Source: Dehalococcoidia bacterium (lineage in GTDB: Bacteria > Chloroflexota > Dehalococcoidia > Dehalococcoidales > BS750m-G39). Taken from it: a stretch of DNA of 64,000 bases. Below are positions 61,215 through 64,000 of this stretch, in pieces. The position numbers were made by a program, and so were the translations under genes. The stretch covers positions 817 to 64,816 of the forward strand of contig JAUWIX010000002.1 of NCBI GenBank assembly GCA_030608005.1, written 5' to 3'. The notes under the pieces are model-generated. The model ran no database searches. It saw only the letters and a list, made by a program, of their open reading frames with translations, and was not told the origin of the DNA. How positions within the stretch are numbered: position 1 is the first letter of the stretch; each line of letters opens with the position of its first letter.

Positions 61215-62009
61215 ATGGAACTTGGATTGGCAGGAAAAACGGTTATTGTTACCGGTGGTGCCTCAAATGTTGGTCGTGGTATAGTCCTGGCTTTTGCCAG
61301 GGAGGGTTTGGATATAGTGATTGCCGATATAGATGAAGTGCAAGGGCAGAGGACGGCTGAGTTAGCCAGGAAGCAGGGCGGCAAAGTAGTGGTGGTCAAG
61401 ACTGATGTAACCAATCCTGAGCAGTGCCAGGCGATGGTGAGGAGGACACTGGATGAGTTTGGGCGGCTGGATGTGCTGGTGAATTGCGTGGGGTGGATAT
61501 ATGACCGACTGTTCATTGAGAAATCTAGGGAGGAGTGGGAGAAAGAGGTAGATACTAATTACTGGAGTGTGATTAACTGCGTTAGGGCCGTGATTAACCA
61601 TATGATTGCTCAGAGAAGTGGTAAGATTATTACCCTTGCCTCCGATGCCGGCAAGATTGGGGAGTATAGAGAGGCGGTTTATGCTGGAGCCAAAGGGGCG
61701 GTCATTGCCTTTTCCAAGTCGTTGGCTAGGGAGGTTGGGCGTTATGGACTTAATATCAATGTGCTTTGTCTGGGAACGGTTCCTCCTGCCAGCGAGGAGG
61801 AGATAGGGGCGGAGAGCATGTGGCGGACCGGGGGTCTGTTTTATAAAATGACGCCTGAGGCAAAAGAGAAGATGGCTAAAGCCTATCCTCTGCGCCGATT
61901 GGGCAAGGCGGAGGATGTAGCCAATGCTGTGATGTTTCTGGCTTCAGATGCCGCTAGCTGGATAACGGGGCAAGCCATTAGCGTAGACGGTGGTTATACT
62001 ATGGCTTAG
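61215..62009 (+). CDS. Short-chain dehydrogenase/reductase (3-oxoacyl-ACP reductase/BadH-like)
   Basis: It has TGGASNVGRG, NCVG and YAGAKGAV (YxxxK) motifs. Confidence 0.8.
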   Translation: MELGLAGKTVIVTGGASNVGRGIVLAFAREGLDIVIADIDEVQGQRTAELARKQGGKVVVVKTDVTNPEQCQAMVRRTLDEFGRLDVLVNCVGWIYDRLFIEKSREEWEKEVDTNYWSVINCVRAVINHMIAQRSGKIITLASDAGKIGEYREAVYAGAKGAVIAFSKSLAREVGRYGLNINVLCLGTVPPASEEEIGAESMWRTGGLFYKMTPEAKEKMAKAYPLRRLGKAEDVANAVMFLASDAASWITGQAISVDGGYTMA

Positions 62010-62930
62010 ATGAGGGTAAAGGTGGCTGATAGAAGGTATAACCTGAAGGCAGGCTCACTCTTGGCTCAAACCAGGAGGTTACTGCGGCACTTTGACCTTC
62101 AGGCGAGAAAAGGACTGGGGCAGCACTTCCTTATTGATGGGGAGGTGCTCCAGCTTATCACTTCGGCAGCGGAGCTCACCCCTGCCGATGTTATTGTGGA
62201 AGTGGGTCCTGGCTTAGGCGTCCTGACCAGGGAGCTAGCCAAGCAAGCCGGCCGGGTAATTGCTATTGAGTTAGATAACAAACTGGCTGCCTTGTTAAAC
62301 CAAACTCTGGCTTCTTTTGATAATGTTACTATCATCAATGAGGATATACTTCAGATTGAGCCAGGAGCTTTATTAAACGAGGCAAAGGCGAGATTCCCTC
62401 AAGCTGTGAATAGCTATAAGGTAGTGGCTAACCTCCCTTACTATATTACCTCTCCTGCCCTGCGCCATTTTCTGGAGGCTTCAGATAAACCTCAAACTAT
62501 AATAGTGATGGTGCAAAAGGAGGTGGCTGAGGCTATTGTGGCTAAACCCGGTCAGATGAGCCTGCTGAGTGTCAGCGTTCAGCTCTACGGGGAACCCAGA
62601 ATAATCAGCTATGTCCCGGCTCAGTGCTTTTATCCTGCTCCGGAGGTTGATTCGGCTTTACTGCGAATTGACCTGTATCCCAAGCCAGCGGTGGCGGTGA
62701 CTGATGAAGACAGCTTTTTTAGTCTAGTGCGGGCTGGTTTCGCCGCCCCCCGTAAGCAGATTGGCAATTCTCTGGCTCAAGGTCTGGGACGAGCCAAGGG
62801 TGAGGTTTTATCCCTATTGGAAAGGGCAGATATAGCCTCACAGAGGCGAGCTGAGACCTTGACCCTTGAGGAGTGGGCAGGGCTGTGGCGAGTTTTTACC
62901 CGATTAAAGGGAAAAGAAATAGCATGCTGA
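62010..62930 (+). CDS. rsmA: 16S rRNA (adenine1518/1519-N6)-dimethyltransferase
   Basis: It has KGLGQHFL, VVEVGPGLGVLT and NLPYYITSP motifs. Confidence 0.85.
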   Translation: MRVKVADRRYNLKAGSLLAQTRRLLRHFDLQARKGLGQHFLIDGEVLQLITSAAELTPADVIVEVGPGLGVLTRELAKQAGRVIAIELDNKLAALLNQTLASFDNVTIINEDILQIEPGALLNEAKARFPQAVNSYKVVANLPYYITSPALRHFLEASDKPQTIIVMVQKEVAEAIVAKPGQMSLLSVSVQLYGEPRIISYVPAQCFYPAPEVDSALLRIDLYPKPAVAVTDEDSFFSLVRAGFAAPRKQIGNSLAQGLGRAKGEVLSLLERADIASQRRAETLTLEEWAGLWRVFTRLKGKEIAC

Positions 62931-63772
62931 CCCTTCTGGCGCCGGCAAAGATTAATCTGACCCTTGAGGTTTTGTGCCAGCGCCCCGATGGCTTTCATGA
63001 AATCCGCAGTGTTATCTTGACCATAAATCTGTGTGATAGTCTTCTTTTCCGTTCGAGTGGTAATATCGAGTTCGGCTGTGATAATCCTGACTTCGTTCTG
63101 GAGGAGAGCCTGGTATCTAAGGCAGCCGGTTTGCTCCAGCAGGCTACTGGATGTTCTAAGGGAGCAAGGATAGAAATCGGCAAGCGTATCCCTTTAGCCT
63201 CGGGGTTGGGTGGGGATAGCAGTGACGCCGCAGCTGTGTTGCATGGGCTTAACAGGCTTTGGCAATTAGGTTTATCGCTATCGGAATTGGTTGAGCTGGC
63301 GCCAAGGTTGGGTTCAGATGTGGCTTTCTTTCTCTATGGTGGCACGGCATTGGTCGAGGGTAAAGGTGAGATGGTAACCCCATTACCTTCATTACCTCAT
63401 AGGTGGGTTGTCCTGCTCATGCCTCCTGTGCCCAGGATGCCGGGAAAGACGCAGCGACTTTATGCCAGCCTAAAACCCAAACACTATACCCAGGGGCAAA
63501 TCACTGATAGGTTGGTGGCGGGGGTTAGTGCGGGTGAGGTAACATCATCTATGCTGTTTAATGTATTTGATGGGGTTGCCCTTGATAGCTTTGCCAGGCT
63601 GGGGGAATATCGTGAGCAATTTCTGAAGGCTGGAGCCAACGACGTTCATTTAGCTGGCTCTGGACCAGCGCTATTCACTTTGGTAGAAGATAAGGCTCAG
63701 GCTGAGGAGCTATATAGGCATCTACAGCAGCAAGGCTTGGAATGTTATCTCACTGAGACCCTGGCGGCATAA
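62924..63772 (+). CDS. ispE: 4-diphosphocytidyl-2-C-methyl-D-erythritol kinase
   Basis: It reads MLTLLAPAKINLTLEV..R.DGFHEI and has the GHMP motif PLASGLGGDSSDAAA. The ATG at 62924 overlaps the rsmA stop. Confidence 0.85.
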   Translation: MLTLLAPAKINLTLEVLCQRPDGFHEIRSVILTINLCDSLLFRSSGNIEFGCDNPDFVLEESLVSKAAGLLQQATGCSKGARIEIGKRIPLASGLGGDSSDAAAVLHGLNRLWQLGLSLSELVELAPRLGSDVAFFLYGGTALVEGKGEMVTPLPSLPHRWVVLLMPPVPRMPGKTQRLYASLKPKHYTQGQITDRLVAGVSAGEVTSSMLFNVFDGVALDSFARLGEYREQFLKAGANDVHLAGSGPALFTLVEDKAQAEELYRHLQQQGLECYLTETLAA

Positions 63773-63817
63773 AACAGGTGGAATGAATATATGATTGAGG
63801 TTGTTTATTAATTCTAT

Positions 63818-63927
63818 TTTTCCCACCCTAAGGTGAGTTTCGGGGGCTTTGCCCCTGTAGCCCCTAAGGCTGATAAGTGAAGCTTCTATGGGAGGGTGGG
63901 AGTAGGAGACGTTAGTAAACAATCTCA
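63818..63927. repeat. GC-rich hairpin repeat (tcccaccct...agggtggga) with T3-like end
   Basis: The arms are at 63820-63828 and 63893-63901. The inner hairpin is cgggggctttgcccctg. The terminal gttagtaaacaatctca resembles 3301-3320. Confidence 0.75.
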
Positions 63928-63943
63928 TGATGAGGGGGATAAA

Positions 63944-64000
63944 GTGGTAGGAAGCATAGTCCTGGCAATTGTTATTGGTTATCTCCTGGGTTCTATTCCT
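63944..64000 (+). CDS. plsY: Partial CDS (first 19 codons): glycerol-3-phosphate acyltransferase PlsY
   Basis: A GTG follows the SD GAGGGGG. VVGSIVLAIVIGYLLGSIP matches the PlsY N-terminal LLGSIP motif. It is truncated by the window edge. Confidence 0.5.
   Translation, partial: MVGSIVLAIVIGYLLGSIP

Noticed and set aside
61064-61516. 150-aa minus-strand ORF and 62-aa plus-strand ORF (61148-61336)
   Set aside because: They overlap the SRP RNA and run antisense to the SDR gene. They have no SD and a Ser/Thr/Pro-rich nonsense-like composition.
541-63927. I asked whether the recurring GC-rich palindromic repeats are a CRISPR array
   Set aside because: The repeats are dispersed in separate intergenic regions. 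The units are heterogeneous, there are no regularly spaced unique spacers and no cas genes. They fit REP/BIME/MITE-type elements instead.

Overview
This is a 64-kb chromosomal segment from an anaerobic bacterium. Gene content and the clpC-radA-ispDF-cysES order suggest a Chloroflexota/Dehalococcoidia-like or other deep-branching monoderm lineage, but that lineage call is inference only. Most of the window is housekeeping: hisI/hisA, moaA/moaC/moaE, ispD/F/E, cysE-cysS, metG, dnaN, radA, clpC, ftsH, tsaB/tsaE, thiL, ndk, rsmA/rsmI, rsfS and a class V FBP aldolase/phosphatase. Functional modules are a Na+-pumping biotin-dependent decarboxylase set, a DtxR-feoA-feoA-split feoB iron module, zupT, ccdA/tlpA, a B12-riboswitch-controlled corrinoid salvage operon (btuF-cobT-cobS-cobU, with cobO elsewhere) and bamA/had-like alicyclic acyl-CoA genes. 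RNA genes are a solitary 5S rRNA with its own promoter, tRNA-Ala(UGC) and a long (about 270 nt) SRP RNA. The strongest candidates for novelty are four. (1) A tightly packed minus-strand operon at 36.5-39.5 kb has two NifX/MTH1175-like proteins, a UPF0045 protein, two zinc ribbons, a J-domain protein and four or five low-complexity Gly/Met/Arg/Tyr/Pro/Trp-rich DUF5320-type proteins that share one C-terminal helix. (2) A modular, MITE-like GC-rich hairpin repeat family is present at about 10 intergenic loci, some copies with imperfect terminal inverted repeats and flanking direct repeats. (3) An 18-bp perfect inverted-repeat pair lies between a tyrosine recombinase gene and a two-gene surface-protein module, which makes it a candidate invertible switch. 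(4) A secreted protein combines a collagen-repeat region, a beta-helix and an H-type-lectin-like domain. Several conserved enzymes also appear to start at non-canonical codons (ATT/ATA/CTG). All homology calls come from reading motifs, since no searches could be run.
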